Assembly: GCF_006345805.1 (NCBI RefSeq)
Contig: NC_042997.1
Coordinates: forward strand, 71,362,001 to 71,426,000
DNA from: Octopus sinensis
Taxonomy: Eukaryota
Direction of reading: 5' to 3'
DNA: 64,000 bases
The notes under the pieces were generated by a model that was not told the origin of the DNA, made no database searches, and saw only the letters and a program-made list of their open reading frames with translations. This document shows positions 38,534-51,324 of this stretch, one piece after another. Position 1 is the stretch's first letter. The number at the start of each line of letters is the position of its first letter. A program made the position numbers and the translations under genes.

Positions 38534-39719
38534 CAGGCTGAGTCAAAAGTTTTTATGAGATTCTCACTAATGACTTTTGGCAACTTCTATCTCCATGTTA
38601 TATCATTAATTTAGTACAACTTGTCAAAGCGTTGCTGAAATGTTTTTCCTTATTTACGCACATAACATAAACATTAATTGTTTCTTTTGTTTCTTCTGTA
38701 TTCTATAGCTTTGATAAGTGGTGAGAAAAAATTACCATTAGAGACATTTTACGCTACCTGTGGGAAAAAGGACTGAATGCAAGGGGAACAACTAAAGAAA
38801 TTAATGACGTGGAAGCCCCAAGGACTGTCAACGCACGTAGAGCACAAGAGTGGTTCAGACTTTTCAAGGTAGATCTTAACAGCCTTGGAGACAAACCAAG
38901 GTCAGAGAGGCATTCTATTGTGGAAGATAAGGCCTTGCTTGAAATGGCTGAACAACAACTAAACACAAGCACTCATACATTGTGGAAATAACTTGATCCT
39001 TCAGAAAGCACATTCAATTTACACTTGAATAAGCTCGGCCTTGTAAACAAACACTGTCATGATACTTTTCTTGACCTAACTAATGATCAGGCTCAACTAC
39101 GTGTAAACATTTGCAGACAACCGTAGGCAAATCCTCCAGAGACTCATTTTTGTCGTCGAATTGTAACTGGGCATGAAAAATGGATCTATTTTCGTGATCT
39201 TAATAAGAAAAATCAGTAGCTTCGCTACGGCCAGATTTCAGAACCTGTTGTCAAGCAATGGTGGTTTGAACAGAAGGTCATCTAGTATGTATGGTGGAAT
39301 TTCCAGGTGTTACACTTTGAACTTATCCTAGACGGTAACGCTGTGAACGCTAACCATTACACTCAACTACTGAAGCGCGTATACGTTGTTTTAACAGAAA
39401 CTCGGCATTGGTCGCCCCAAACACTGCCGATGTATAGAAGTGCAAACTCACAATGCCTACTATACAGATCTTGTACCATCAGATTATCATGTTTTTTTTT
39501 TAAGCTATGGCCCATTTCCTGCACAGACAGAGTTTGAACAATGTTGATGAGGATGAAAACGGACGCAGGTAGGTAAAGGCGTAGAATTGAGCTTCTAGCG
39601 AAACGATGTCAACAGACGATAGGGTATGATGAGATGTATCGATAAACGCTTTCCGCGTGTAATTAGTTTGAAATATTAATTAAAACTTAAAATACGAAAA
39701 ATCTTTTGACTCAACCATG
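38534..39719 (+). mobile_element. Mariner transposon, strongly decayed
   Basis: TIRs caggctgagtcaaaagttttt / aaaaatcttttgactcaaccatg. AQEWFRLFK, RIVTGHEKWIYF and CVWWN-like remnants. Confidence 0.88.
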
Positions 39720-39856
39720 TATGTGTGTAGGTATATGTGTTTGTATGTATAAATAAATATATATATATATGCATATATATATATACATACATACATACAA
39801 CATACATACATACATATATACATATATATAATATATATATATATATAATATATATA

Positions 39857-39929
<73 letters not shown>

Positions 39930-40025
39930 CAAGGTAAGATCCAAGGATCAAGGTGCTGGAAGTTAGTGAGCGTCAAACAACCATAGAAAATATATAAAAC
40001 AACTTTCATTTCCTGATTTTTGAAT

Positions 40026-40087
<62 letters not shown>

Positions 40088-40088
<1 letters not shown>

Positions 40089-40512
40089 CAAGAAAGAAAA
40101 TGGAGGGATACAAAAATGACATGCATCTACCGGTAGACATTCTATTATGTCTATTTATTCTGAAACATAAGGAAGATTTATAAGAATACATACACATGCA
40201 AAGATTGTGTGTTACACACATATGTACTAGTAACACATAAAAGAGTAAAAGATCAGTTCCTTACGGCCGTTTCTGCCTACAGGCCACGATATCCTACATG
40301 CTCTTGTTATCTCCCCTACTTTCCTCCTTGTGTTTGACCCTTCTGTCTGGCACTATTCGCCATGATAGATCGTTAGCCACTACACACATTTTTTTCTTTC
40401 CTTGCTTTTTCTGTGTCCCCTTCTGTAGAAGAGCGTAGGCTCGAAACGTAAAAGACTTTTTGTTTTGTACACCACCTGTCTTCGACTTTTGTTTTTTTCG
40501 TATACTCTCCCA
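40088..40512. mobile_element. Two fused pLTR-like fragments in opposite orientation between (TA)n tracts
   Basis: Minus-strand HHR 3' half at ~40259-40285 (gcc-tgta-ggc a GAAAC ggcc GTA agg). Plus-strand HHR variant at 40419-40454. 40358-40512 is homologous to 10662-10850. Confidence 0.65.
40419..40454 (+). ncRNA. Hammerhead variant (CUGUAGA core, A6U)
   Basis: cctt CTGTAGA a gagc-gtag-gctc GAAAC GTA aaag. Same layout as loopless Penelope HHRs (CUGANGA-A-stem-GAAACGUH). Confidence 0.6.
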
Positions 40513-40534
40513 TATATATATATATATGTATAAT

Positions 40535-40918
40535 ATTTTAAAATAGTGTATATTTAAACGCAAAAGAAAACTACTCTTTAACAGGTAATTTTTACATGCT
40601 AGAAATAGCAGCCAACACGATTTAATAGCAATTTTCGAAGTAAATGAATTATAAAAACTTTTACCTTGTTATTTTTATAAGCGGTTATACCATGATTCCG
40701 AATTTCTTTTAAATTTTTCATTTACTTCGAAAATTGCTATTAAATCGTGGTTTTGGCCGTGTTGGTTGCTATTTCTAGCATGTAAAAATTACCTTTTATA
40801 GGGTAGTTTTCTTTTGTGTTTAGTTGTACACTATTTTAAAATAATAATATGTTGTCTATTGACTATTTATACATGCTAGGCCACTGGTGGTGATATTTAT
40901 AACGAATATTCGCTACCC
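40535..40918. mobile_element. Palindromic element in (TA)n without a recognisable HHR
   Basis: Inverted arms 40535-40648 and 40717-40843. The right arm extends to (TA)n at ~40918. Confidence 0.7.
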
Positions 40919-41069
40919 TATATATATATATATATATGTATCTATCTATCTATCTATCCATTTATCTATCTATCTATATATATATATATATATATATATA
41001 GATATATATATATATATTATATATATATATATTATATATATATAATATATATATATATGTGTGTGTATG

Positions 41070-41107
<38 letters not shown>

Positions 41108-41124
41108 TATATATATATACGATT

Positions 41125-41207
41125 TAGTGATGATGATGAGACGATAATGGTGATGATGATGGTGTTAATGTTGACGATGATGATGATGATGATGACGATG
41201 ATGGTGG

Positions 41208-41238
<31 letters not shown>

Positions 41239-41411
41239 AATGATAACGATGACAATGATAATGATAATCTTGATGATGACAATGATGGTGAAGATTATGA
41301 TAATGGTGATAATGATGATGATGATGGTCGTGGTGGTGATGGTGGTGGTGATGGTGGTAGTGGTGGGGGTGGTAGTAGTAGTAGTGGTGCTGGTGCTGAT
41401 GCTGGTGATGG
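41125..41411. repeat. Compound (GAT)n/(GGT)n/(AGT)n microsatellite
   Basis: Direct inspection. Confidence 0.9.
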
Positions 41412-42044
41412 TTTTTAAGCGAAGGCTTTTCGTTTTAAAGGCGATGGCGTTAACTGTATTGCTAAGCAATATTTGTTGGTGGAGGAGACATTTGCATTGG
41501 CAATGACGCTTTGAAACTGAGATGTAGGCGGCGGGGTAGCGAAGACGAGGGTAAGATGAGAGAAGTGTGTTCGGTAGAGCTGGCATGAATGACGGACTGA
41601 CTGTGTGTACAGTGACAGCGGCTTCCATACAATGTCTACAATGAACGGTTGGTGGTGGACGGGCTGAGGGGATGGGGGTAGGAACTGGCAGGTTTTGCGG
41701 GTGGTCCTATACACACACCGTCTTCAATGAAAGCAGCTCATTCTTTCTACACAGGCACACACACATACACACACACATTCACACACTCACACTCACACAC
41801 ACGCATACATGCACATGCACACACTTAGACATATGTGCATACATACACGTATATCTATATACATACACAAGCATATATATGACAGACTGACGCTCATTCA
41901 TATTACCAAATCAACAGAAAAGCAAAATCTTCGAGAGACCTACAAATGAATTGAGATATACACGCTCATATATGTGCATGAATGTATGGATATGTATATA
42001 TAAATATATTATATGCGTAGGAGTGGCTGTGTGGTAAGTAGCTT

Positions 42045-43464
42045 TTTAATTTTGTAATTAATTGCGCTTCTTTTTCGAGAATTCTGTTTTTGAATCATTT
42101 TGGAATCCATTTTAGTTTGGGTTTTTATTTCTAGTTAATTTTAGTTAATTTTTGTTTTTCAGATCATTAAAATGGAATGTCAAGTTAAGGAAAATGAGCA
42201 TTTTTGACACCTCCTTCTTTTTGCTTTTAATCAAGGTTCTAAGGCCGCAAAAGCTGCTCGCGACATTTGTGCTATGTACAGAGAGCTGAAAGAACCGCTC
42301 GTGATTGGTATGCCAAGTTCAAAAATGGAAATTTTGAACTCAAAGATGCACCTCGATCTGACCGTCCAGTTGAGTTCGATGAAAAGCGATTAAACCAACT
42401 TTTGACGAAAATTCTCGTCAAACGACAAGGGAACTGGCAGAGACAATGGAATGCTCCCACACTACTATAGGGAAGCATCTTCACTCGATGGGAAAGGTTC
42501 AGAAGTATGGAGCATGGGTTCCGCATGCTTTAAGTGTCAACAACAAAAATCAACGAGCCACAATCTCCGCTGGTTTGCTTGCTCGTCACTGCTCAACTCA
42601 TGGACACAAGCAGCTATTTCTTTACCGAATCGTTACTGGCGACGAAAATCGTGCCTGTACATCAATATGAAGCAGCGTAAGGAATGGCTTAACCTCGGTA
42701 AACAAGCAACACCGCGCGTGAAACAAGATCTTCATCTGCGTAAAACGATGTTGTGCGTATGGTGGAACTGAAAAGGGATTATCCATTACGAATTGCTTGA
42801 ACGGAACCAAACGGTCAAGAGAAAAGACCTAATCGTCAGCATGGAGTTTTCTTCTGCACGACAACGCCCACCCTCACATCGCCAATATGACCAAGAAAGC
42901 CATTCAAACGCATGGCTGGGAAGTGCTGCCACACCCGCCATAATCTCCTGATTCGGCACCAATGGATTTCCACTTCTTTTGATCTCTTTCAGATGCTATG
43001 CGCGGAGTTTCGTTCAAAACTGATGCAGAATTGAGAGCTTGGTTGGATCAATTTTTCGAGTCGAAATCGGATGATTTCTACCAACGATGTATTGAAAATC
43101 TTGTTGAACGTTGGGAAGAAGTTGTCCACAAGAAGAGTGAGTACATTATTGATTAATTAGTTGTTATTTCTTATTAAATGTGGAGGCGCAATGGCCTAGT
43201 GGTTAGGGCAGCAGACTTGCGGTCGGAGGATCGCGGTTTCGATTCCCAGACCGGGCGTTGTGTGTGTTTATTGAGCGAAAAACACCTAAAAGCTCCACGA
43301 GGCTCCGGCAGGAGGTGGTGATCTCTGCTGTACTCTTTCACCACTCTAAAGGCGGTGCTCCAGCATGGCCGCAGTCAAATGACTGAAACAAGTACAAAAA
43401 AAAAAAAAAAAACCTTCTAAAAATTTATATTTAAAAAGCTGCGGGAACTTAGTTGCCAACCCAA
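42045..43464 (+). mobile_element. Mariner transposon lacking its left TIR, decayed transposase 42172-43156
   Basis: MECQVKENEH..., WVPHAL, RIVTGDE, HDNAHPH, HPP*SPDSAPMDFH. Right TIR gaacttagttgccaacccaa followed by TA. Confidence 0.9.
43181..43412 (+). mobile_element. tRNA-derived SINE family C, joined to a family A tail and poly(A), inside the mariner 3' region
   Basis: A box tggcctagtggttagg and B box ggtttcgattccc. From 43348, aaaggcggtgctccagcatggccgcagtcaaatgactgaaacaagta then A-run. Confidence 0.8.
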
Positions 43465-44499
43465 TATATAGTCTTTTATTTGTTTCAGTCACTGGATTGC
43501 GGCACCGTGTTGATGTGTTTAGTTTAGTTATGGGCGAACTACGCCCCGTGGAACATCCTGAATGCCACGCCTAACAAAAAATTACCTTTAGATTTTGTTG
43601 TAGTATGCCACCCCGCCTAATGATGAACCATGTCTCATGCGGCCCGTTTCTATTGCATATTCTAGTGGAGAGTTTTGCTGTAAACAAACCCAGACTGGTT
43701 GTCAAGCAGTGAAGGAAGAACAAGAACAAACACAGGCACGCATACTTATGTATATATATATTAAGATTGAAAGGCAGACAGAAGGTGGAGGGAGAGAGAG
43801 GGTGGAGAGAAAGAGGTTGGAGGGATAGAGTGGGGGAGAAAGATATGGGCCTTTCGCACAGTTATCGTTTATAATACTCACTCTCAATGCATTGATTTGT
43901 CCGATGCTATGATAGAAGGCGTGTTCACAGTGCCGCGTAGTGAGACTGAACTGGAAATCATATGCATGCAAAGCCACTTTCACCACACAGTTATGTCTAC
44001 GCCTAGATATAATATATATAATAGCACATCTATACATCACTACTACGTTCTAGCAGATTTGAATGTGAAAATCTAATCGCTCTTGTTTTTCGTCGTCGGA
44101 AACCACGTTCAAATCTGCCAGAACGTGTTAAAAATGAATTGATATATTATTGTTTCGATTCTTACTGTTCTACATACATCCCCTAAATTATTTTCTGACT
44201 GGTTTCAGCAAAAATAATTCGGTTGCTGATTTCTGTTAACCAAAGTTTGTGGTCTTGTTAGATATATCGGTACAGTGGGGTAACTTTGACTAAAAAGACA
44301 TGCAACACAGCGACGTGTCAAACTCTCTTACACCAGTGAATAGCATGTGTATAATCACACATTCGCTAAAGGGAGTAGGTGCTCTCTAATAACGATCAAC
44401 AACAGCGATCGGATATTCAGGTATGAAGCTGCTAGAATTTATCATGAATGGACACATCATAGTTTGGATTATCGCTCTTCTGCATGCTCTCCACGAATT

Positions 44500-44670
44500 A
44501 TACACACATACATACGTGCATGCATGCATACATACATACGTGCGTAGTACATTCATGCATACATACATACACACATACCTACCTACATACATACATACAT
44601 ACATACATACATACATACATACATACATACATACATACATCATACATACATACATACACACATACCTACC

Positions 44671-44704
<34 letters not shown>

Positions 44705-44905
44705 CATACATACATACATACATACATACATACATACATACATACATACATACATACATACATACATACATACATACATGCATGCATGCATACATACATA
44801 CGTACGTACGTACGTACATACATGCATACGTAAGTACGTACATACATACATATATACATACATACATACATACATACATACATACATACATCATACATAC
44901 ATACT
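44500..44905. repeat. (TACA)n microsatellite
   Basis: Direct inspection. Confidence 0.95.
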
Positions 44906-44914
44906 CACATATAT

Positions 44915-45210
44915 CTTTTATCTGTTACCTATTTCAGCCATTAGACCGCGGCCCTGCTGAAGCAACGCTTTGAAGAATTTTAGTCGAACGAATCGAGTTC
45001 TGTACTTTTTTAAGCCTGGTACTTATTCTATCGTTTCCTTTGCTGAACTGCTAAGTTACGGGGACGTAAACAGCCAACACTGGATGTCAAGCAGTGGTGA
45101 ATGACAAACACAGACACAAAGACACACACACGCACACAAACACACGCACAATGGGACTGAGCCCGGGACCATGTGGTTGAAACTTCTTACCACAAAGCCA
45201 CGCCTGCACT
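44915..45210 (-). mobile_element. SINE family A with an internal deletion
   Basis: Tail and head match family A; the middle is missing. Confidence 0.75.
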
Positions 45211-45261
45211 TTATATATAAATGTGTGAGTGTGTGTAAGTGTGAGGGTATTGTATGTGTAT

Positions 45262-45365
<104 letters not shown>

Positions 45366-45993
45366 CAGATATTATGTAGATAGGGTCACAACCTAAGCTG
45401 TGACTTATTGAAGCACATCTGCTTATCCCAATATCCCAAATTCGTATGTAGATGCTATATTTGTTTGAGATAGGCATAAACGTTGAACATTTGAGGGGAA
45501 ATGTTTTGCAGCGTAATTATATATTCATTTACTAACAGGAATTGTAAAATTGTACGCGGTGGAAAAGCACGAAGGAGATGCATCATATTAGAAATTATTC
45601 AGAGACTCAAATGATACAAACTTTACATTTCGATCGAGCGTTTATTTATAATTTGTACTTTAGATGGTTGGAGAGGGGAATAATGTTTTCCAATCTCCTA
45701 TTTATATATACTAATAGTATATATGTACATTATTTACATTATTTACATTTGACGGATAACTTAGGAATGAGAACCCAGGTTCGAAATTTCCCCGCAAGAC
45801 GCCTGAAGAAGGCTGGAGGGTATATCAACAAACAACAAACAAGATGAGGACAAATATCCGTCGAATGTAAATAATGTGAATAATGTAAATAATGTACATA
45901 ATTCCTCATCGCTTAAATATAGAACTAAAAGCATATATATATTTATATATATACTTTTTTCATTAAAGCTGCAAAAACAACAAAAACATCACG

Positions 45994-46038
45994 AAATCTG
46001 TGACTCAGAGTTTCACGTTCCCGTTCGTCGGAAAGTTT
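45994..46038 (-). ncRNA. Hammerhead variant (CCGACGA core, U4C)
   Basis: Minus strand aaacttt CCGACGA acg-GGAA-cgt GAAA ctc-t-gag TC acagattt. Confidence 0.6.
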
Positions 46039-46063
46039 GCTTTGCCTTTATATGTGTGTGTGC

Positions 46064-46208
46064 GTTCAAATTCCGCCGAGGTCAACTTTGCCTTTCATCC
46101 TTTCGGGGTCGATAAATTAAGTACCAGTTACGCACTGGAGTCGATGTAATCGACTTAATCCGTTTGTTTGTCCCCTCTGTGTTTAGCCCCTTGTGGGTAG
46201 TAAAGAAA
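46064..46208 (+). mobile_element. SINE family B, 5'-truncated
   Basis: gttcaaattccgccgaggtcaactttgcctttcatcctttcggggtcgataaattaagtaccag. Confidence 0.8.
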
Positions 46209-46239
46209 TATATATGCGTGTGTGCGTGCGCGTCTGTGT

Positions 46240-46277
<38 letters not shown>

Positions 46278-46301
46278 GTGTGTGTGTGTGTGTGTGTGTG
46301 T

Positions 46302-46500
46302 ACTTTATTATTATCAAAGCTGCAAAAACATCACCAAAATATCACAAAAAACTGCTACTCAGAATTTCACGTTCCCGTTTGTCGGACAGTTTAGATTCAG
46401 AATCTAAAGTGTCCGACGAACGGGAATGCAAAACTCTGAATAGCAGTTTTTTGCGATATTTTTTATTGCTTTTACAGTTTTAATAACAATAAAGCATATT
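46302..46500. mobile_element. Palindromic element with two degenerate U4C-type hammerheads (46349-46392 minus, 46406-46449 plus)
   Basis: Arms centred on gattc-a-gaatc at ~46399. Stem I aaactgt/gcagttt. Homologous to 45955-46040. Confidence 0.7.
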
Positions 46501-47574
46501 ACTCTACCAGAGAGCTATGGAAACCAACAGTACTGTGGGTTATAAACAAAATTGCTCATTCCCGTGGCGTGTGTCCACATCAAAAACAAACAAAGACATG
46601 ATAAATTCAGTGTGCAAACAAAAAAAGTACATCTCAAATCCTAGATAAAAAGAAAATACACCTGGAATAGCGAATGCAAAGACAATTCGTTAAGAAAAAA
46701 AGTAAATAAACAGTTCGGAAATATTGATACTCTTTTATCATTCCATTCTTTTACTTGTTTCAGTCATTTGACAGCGGCCATGGTGGAGCACCACCTTAAG
46801 GGGTTTTAGTCGAACAGATCGACCCCAAGAATTAAGCGAACTGGGAGATAACATAAAGGGTCTTTCGAACTGATAATAGAGTACCACGTGGGGAAATGTA
46901 ACTGCGAGGGTGGAGTGAAGAGGATTAAAATAGGAAAATGAGGTAAGAGAAGGAAGATGGAAATACACAATGAAAATGGAGAGTGGTAGGGTATAGTAGC
47001 AGGTAGGAAATTCAGTTTGCCTCTCGTGTTTGACAAAGGGTTTAGCATTTTAAACGTCCTTGAAACTTAGCGGTTCATCTCTGGAGACGAATATAATAAG
47101 TACCACTCTTAAATTAAAAGCTGGATCGAACTGACTGACTAACCTGTTCATGGAAGTGACCAGAATTGTCAGAAAACAATAACAAAAACAAGAATATATA
47201 AAAAAAAATCATGTTTGCTAGTTAGAGCTGAAACTGTCTTATTAGACTGTTTTGATGTATCTTTTTGTATCTTACACAATATTTTTTTTCTTCTTCTTCT
47301 TCTTAGAGGTTAGGGTGTTGGACTCACGATTGTTCGATAGAAAAGATTCTAGCAGTCTCGCCTCTGGATTCAATTAAGGTACAAGTCAAGAATTTTGAGG
47401 AAAGAAAGTTAGTTGATTACCTATCTGTAGTATGTAGCTGGTAGCGTATATATTTGCAACTACGAAAGAATGGAAGACAAGGTTGACAATAAGGACGAAG
47501 AATAAAACCGTAAAGTTATCTGTCGGCTGGCGCTTTAGCCATCTTGAAAATCCATACTTAATAATAATAATAAT

Positions 47575-47775
47575 AGGCACAAGGCCTGAAATTTGTGGGG
47601 AAGGAGTAAGTCAATCACGACAACCCAAGTACTTGACTGTTACTTAATTTATCGACCCCGAAAGGATGAAAGGCAAAGTCGACCTCGGTGGTATTTGAAC
47701 GCAGAACTTAAAGAAGGGTAAAATACCATTAAGCATTTTGCTCAGCGTGCTAATGATTCTGCCAGCTCGTCACTT
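47575..47775 (-). mobile_element. SINE family B
   Basis: atcgaccccgaaaggatgaaaggcaaagtcgacctcgg...ctgccagctcg. Confidence 0.8.
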
Positions 47776-47894
47776 AACAACCACAATAATAGTAATAATT
47801 TCAAAATTTGAGCTCAGATCATAAAGTCGGACCAAATGCTGCCGAGCATTTTGCTCGTAGTGCTAATGATTCTGTTAGCTTACCGCCTTAGCAA

Positions 47895-47926
<32 letters not shown>

Positions 47927-47951
47927 TATTATTATTATTATTATTATTATT

Positions 47952-48425
47952 TAGTAGTTTTATTTTTATAGCGTGCTTTCACTTCACTATCGAGCGCAGC
48001 TCTGTGTGCCTTGGGTATGTGCTGTGATTTGTTGTGATGCTCTGATGGTTATTGTATGGAAAGTGTTCTGCGTGGATTGTGTGCAGTGCCTAGTAGTGCA
48101 ATTTTCTGTATGTTATATGTGTTTGTAAGTCCTGGTGATTTTGTTATGTATTTGTCTGAATATTTTTTTATCATGCCTAATGCACCTATTATGATAGGAA
48201 TTGTTTCTGTTTTTAGATTCCACATTCTGGTTACCTCCATTTCCAGGTCTTTGTATTTTGAAAGTTTCTCCATTTCATTTAGAGACACGTTGTCATCTGC
48301 TGTTATTGATACATCAATTAGAAAGCATTTTTTTCTTCATGATCTCTGACAACTGTATCTGGTCTGTTGGCCTTAATTTCTCTATCTGTGTATATCGGCA
48401 TATCCCAGAGTATGGTTGCTTTCTC
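47952..48425 (-). mobile_element. R4/Dong-type LINE, short 3' fragment (restriction-like endonuclease)
   Basis: ANRPD...FLIDVSI..EKLSKYKDLEMEV..IIIGALG..IQKIALLGTA. (TAA)n on both sides. Confidence 0.85.
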
Positions 48426-48432
48426 ATTATTA

Positions 48433-48495
<63 letters not shown>

Positions 48496-48499
<4 letters not shown>

Positions 48500-50999
48500 T
48501 AGTTTTATTTTTATAGCGTGCTTTCACTTCACTACCGAGCGCAGCTCTATGTGTCTTGGGTATGTGCTGTGATTTGTTGTGATGCCCTGATGGTTATTGT
48601 ATGGAAAGTGTTCTGCGTAGATTGGGTGCAGTGCCTAGTAGTGCAATTTTCTGTATGTTATATGTGTTTGTAAGTCCTGGTGTTTTTGTTATGTATTTGT
48701 CTGAATATTTTTTTATCATGCCTAATGCACCTACTATGATAGGAATTGTTTCTGTTTTTAGATTCCACATTCTGGTTACCTCCATTTCCAGGTCTTTGTA
48801 TTTTGAAAGTTTCTCCATTTCTTTTAGAGACACGTTGTCATCTGCTGGTATTGATCGGCATATCCCAGAGTATGGTTGCTTTCTCGTTTTCTGTGACCTT
48901 TTCTGGTGTGTGCCTATACCATCTCTTTTCTGTTGTTATTCCATAATGTTGGAATAGCTTCCAGTGTATGTAGGTTCCAACTCTGTCATGTCTGAATATA
49001 TTCCTTCTTAGCCAGGACTGGGCAGCTAGAGATGATATGATTTACTGTTTCTTGTCCATCTCCACATATTCTGCAGTTGCTTGTTATATTTCTTTTCATT
49101 ACATGTTTTTGGTAATTTCTGGTGAGGAGGCTTTGGTCTTGTGCTGCAGTTAAAAATCCCTCTGTCTCTGCTTTGAGTCCTGAGCTTCTCAACCATTGCT
49201 GGGATTTTTCTTTGTCTATTTCTTTTGCATTTAGTTTAGTCCAGTATTTTCCGTGAAGGGGTTTTTCTTGCAATCGTTTTATCATGGTTCTTTGCTGTTC
49301 TAGATTCAGTTTGGATTTCATTTGTTTTATAGCTTTTGTTGTTTCTTCATCTTCTTCTTCTTCTTATTTGTTAGGTGGTATGATTTCTTGTTTGTATTTG
49401 TCAGCTTCCTTAAATACTGAGAACAGTTTTTTGTTTTGCTCGTGTTTTGCCGCTATTTGTATCAGTTTTCCTTCCTTCTGAAGTAGATATTTTTGCAGTC
49501 CTATGGTGGTTATTTTATAGTAGTTTTCCAGCTGTATAAGGCCTCTACCACCTTCTATACGTTGTATATATAGTCTTTCTATGTCAGATTTTGGGTGATG
49601 CATCCTAGACCCTGTTATTATTTTTCTTGTTTTCCTATCTATGTTGGTCAGTTCATTTAGTGTCCAGTTAAGGATATTGTAGCTGTAACTTATAACTGGG
49701 ACAGCTAAAGTGTTAATACCTATTATCTTGTTTTTAGCATTGAGCTCTGTTTTTAGTATTGATCTAACTCGTCTATAATATTCTTTTTTTATTTTCTCTT
49801 CATTTGTGTGTGTTGTGTCTTATCTAGTTCATGGATTCCTAAGTATTTGTAAGTTTGGCTTTGGTCTAATTCTTTTATTTCATTGGTTTTATCTAGTGTG
49901 ATGTTGCTACTCTTAACTAGTTTTCCTCTTTTCAGGGTTACTTTGGCGCATTTTTCTAATCCAAATTTCATATCTATTTCTTTGGTAAATCCATGAACTG
50001 TCTTTAATAGTGTTTCCAGCTGTTTGTCATTTGCAGCGTATAGTTTTAGGTCATCCATATATAAAATGTGGCTGATCGTTTTGCCGTAACATTTATATCT
50101 GCATCCAGTTCTATTTAGCATATCAGATAGAGGTGACAGTGCTAAGCAGAAAAGGAGTGGAAAGAGCGTGTCTCCCTGGAATATTCCTCTTCTAATGGGG
50201 ATGGCTTTGGTTTTCATGAGTCCCTCTTTTGTTTGGAGCTGTAGCACTGTCTGCCATTTATTCATAGAGTGCCCATGAATTTTATAATTGTTGGTGCTAC
50301 TTTGTTAATGGCTAGTGTTTCGAGGATCCATGTGTGGGGGATGCTATCAAACGCCTTTTTGTAGTCGATCCAGGCCATACTGAGGCCTTTCTTCTTTCTG
50401 TGGCTGTCTTCAGTTATAGCTTTATTGATCATTAGTTGATCTTTACATCCGTATGAGCCTTTGCGGCATCCTTTCTGCTCTTCTGGAAACAGGTTGTTTT
50501 CGTCCAGGTGCTTGTTCAACCTTTGCGATATCACTGCAGTAAATACCTTGTACATCGTAGGGAGACAGGTTATTGGTCTGTAGTTTTCTGGTTTTGCTGT
50601 CTCATTTGATTTGGGAATTAAGATGGTTTTCCCCTTCGTGAGCCATTCAGGCATTGTCTCTGGCTCTGCTAGTATGTTGTTAAAATTTTCAGCCAGGTTT
50701 TTGTGCATTCCTGTTAGATATTTCAACCAAAAGTTGGGGATCTTGTCATGCCCAGGTGCCTTCCAGTTGCTTAGATTTGCAGTGCCTGGGTGACCTCTTC
50801 AGTTGTTATGGGGGTCCAAAGTTGCTCAGATGCTGAGTTTGTTATTTCAATACTCCTTTTTTTTGGTTGTTCGTTCGCCGACCATATTTCTCTCCAGAAT
50901 TCTTCCACTTCTTCTGCCGTTGGTGCTGCAGTGATTTCTATTTTATTTTTGCCAAGTTCTTGGTAGAATTTTTTGGGGGTTGGAGTTGAACTTTTTGTT
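48496..50999 (-). mobile_element. R4/Dong-type LINE (RT, CCHC finger, RLE), 5'-truncated and frameshifted
   Basis: NYRPITCL, EQKGC, WIDYKKAFDSIPH, GIFQGDTL, LYMDDLKLY, CRICGDGQETVNHIISSC, KYKDL. Flanked by (TAA)n, the known Dong target. Confidence 0.92.
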
Positions 51000-51100
51000 T
51001 ATTATTATTATTATTATCATTATTATTATTATTATTATATTATTATTATTATTATCATTATTATCATTATTATTATTATATTATATCATCATCATCATTA

Positions 51101-51141
<41 letters not shown>

Positions 51142-51173
51142 TATCATTATTATTATTATTATTATCATCATCA

Positions 51174-51226
<53 letters not shown>

Positions 51227-51227
51227 T

Positions 51228-51283
<56 letters not shown>

Positions 51284-51324
51284 TATTATTATCAGCAATA
51301 TTGTTGTTGTTGGTGGTGTTGTTG

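Noticed and set aside
40598-40610. GCTAGAAATAGCA matching the engineered Cas9 sgRNA tetraloop
   Set aside because: Only a 13 nt GAAA hairpin, and the flanks do not match the scaffold. Coincidental.
41032-41714. 198 aa and 149 aa ORFs over the trinucleotide repeat and adjacent GC-richer sequence
   Set aside because: Length comes from stop-free repeats; no domain or splice support.
43181-43257. tRNA gene
   Set aside because: A and B boxes are present, but it continues into a SINE body with no clean acceptor stem.
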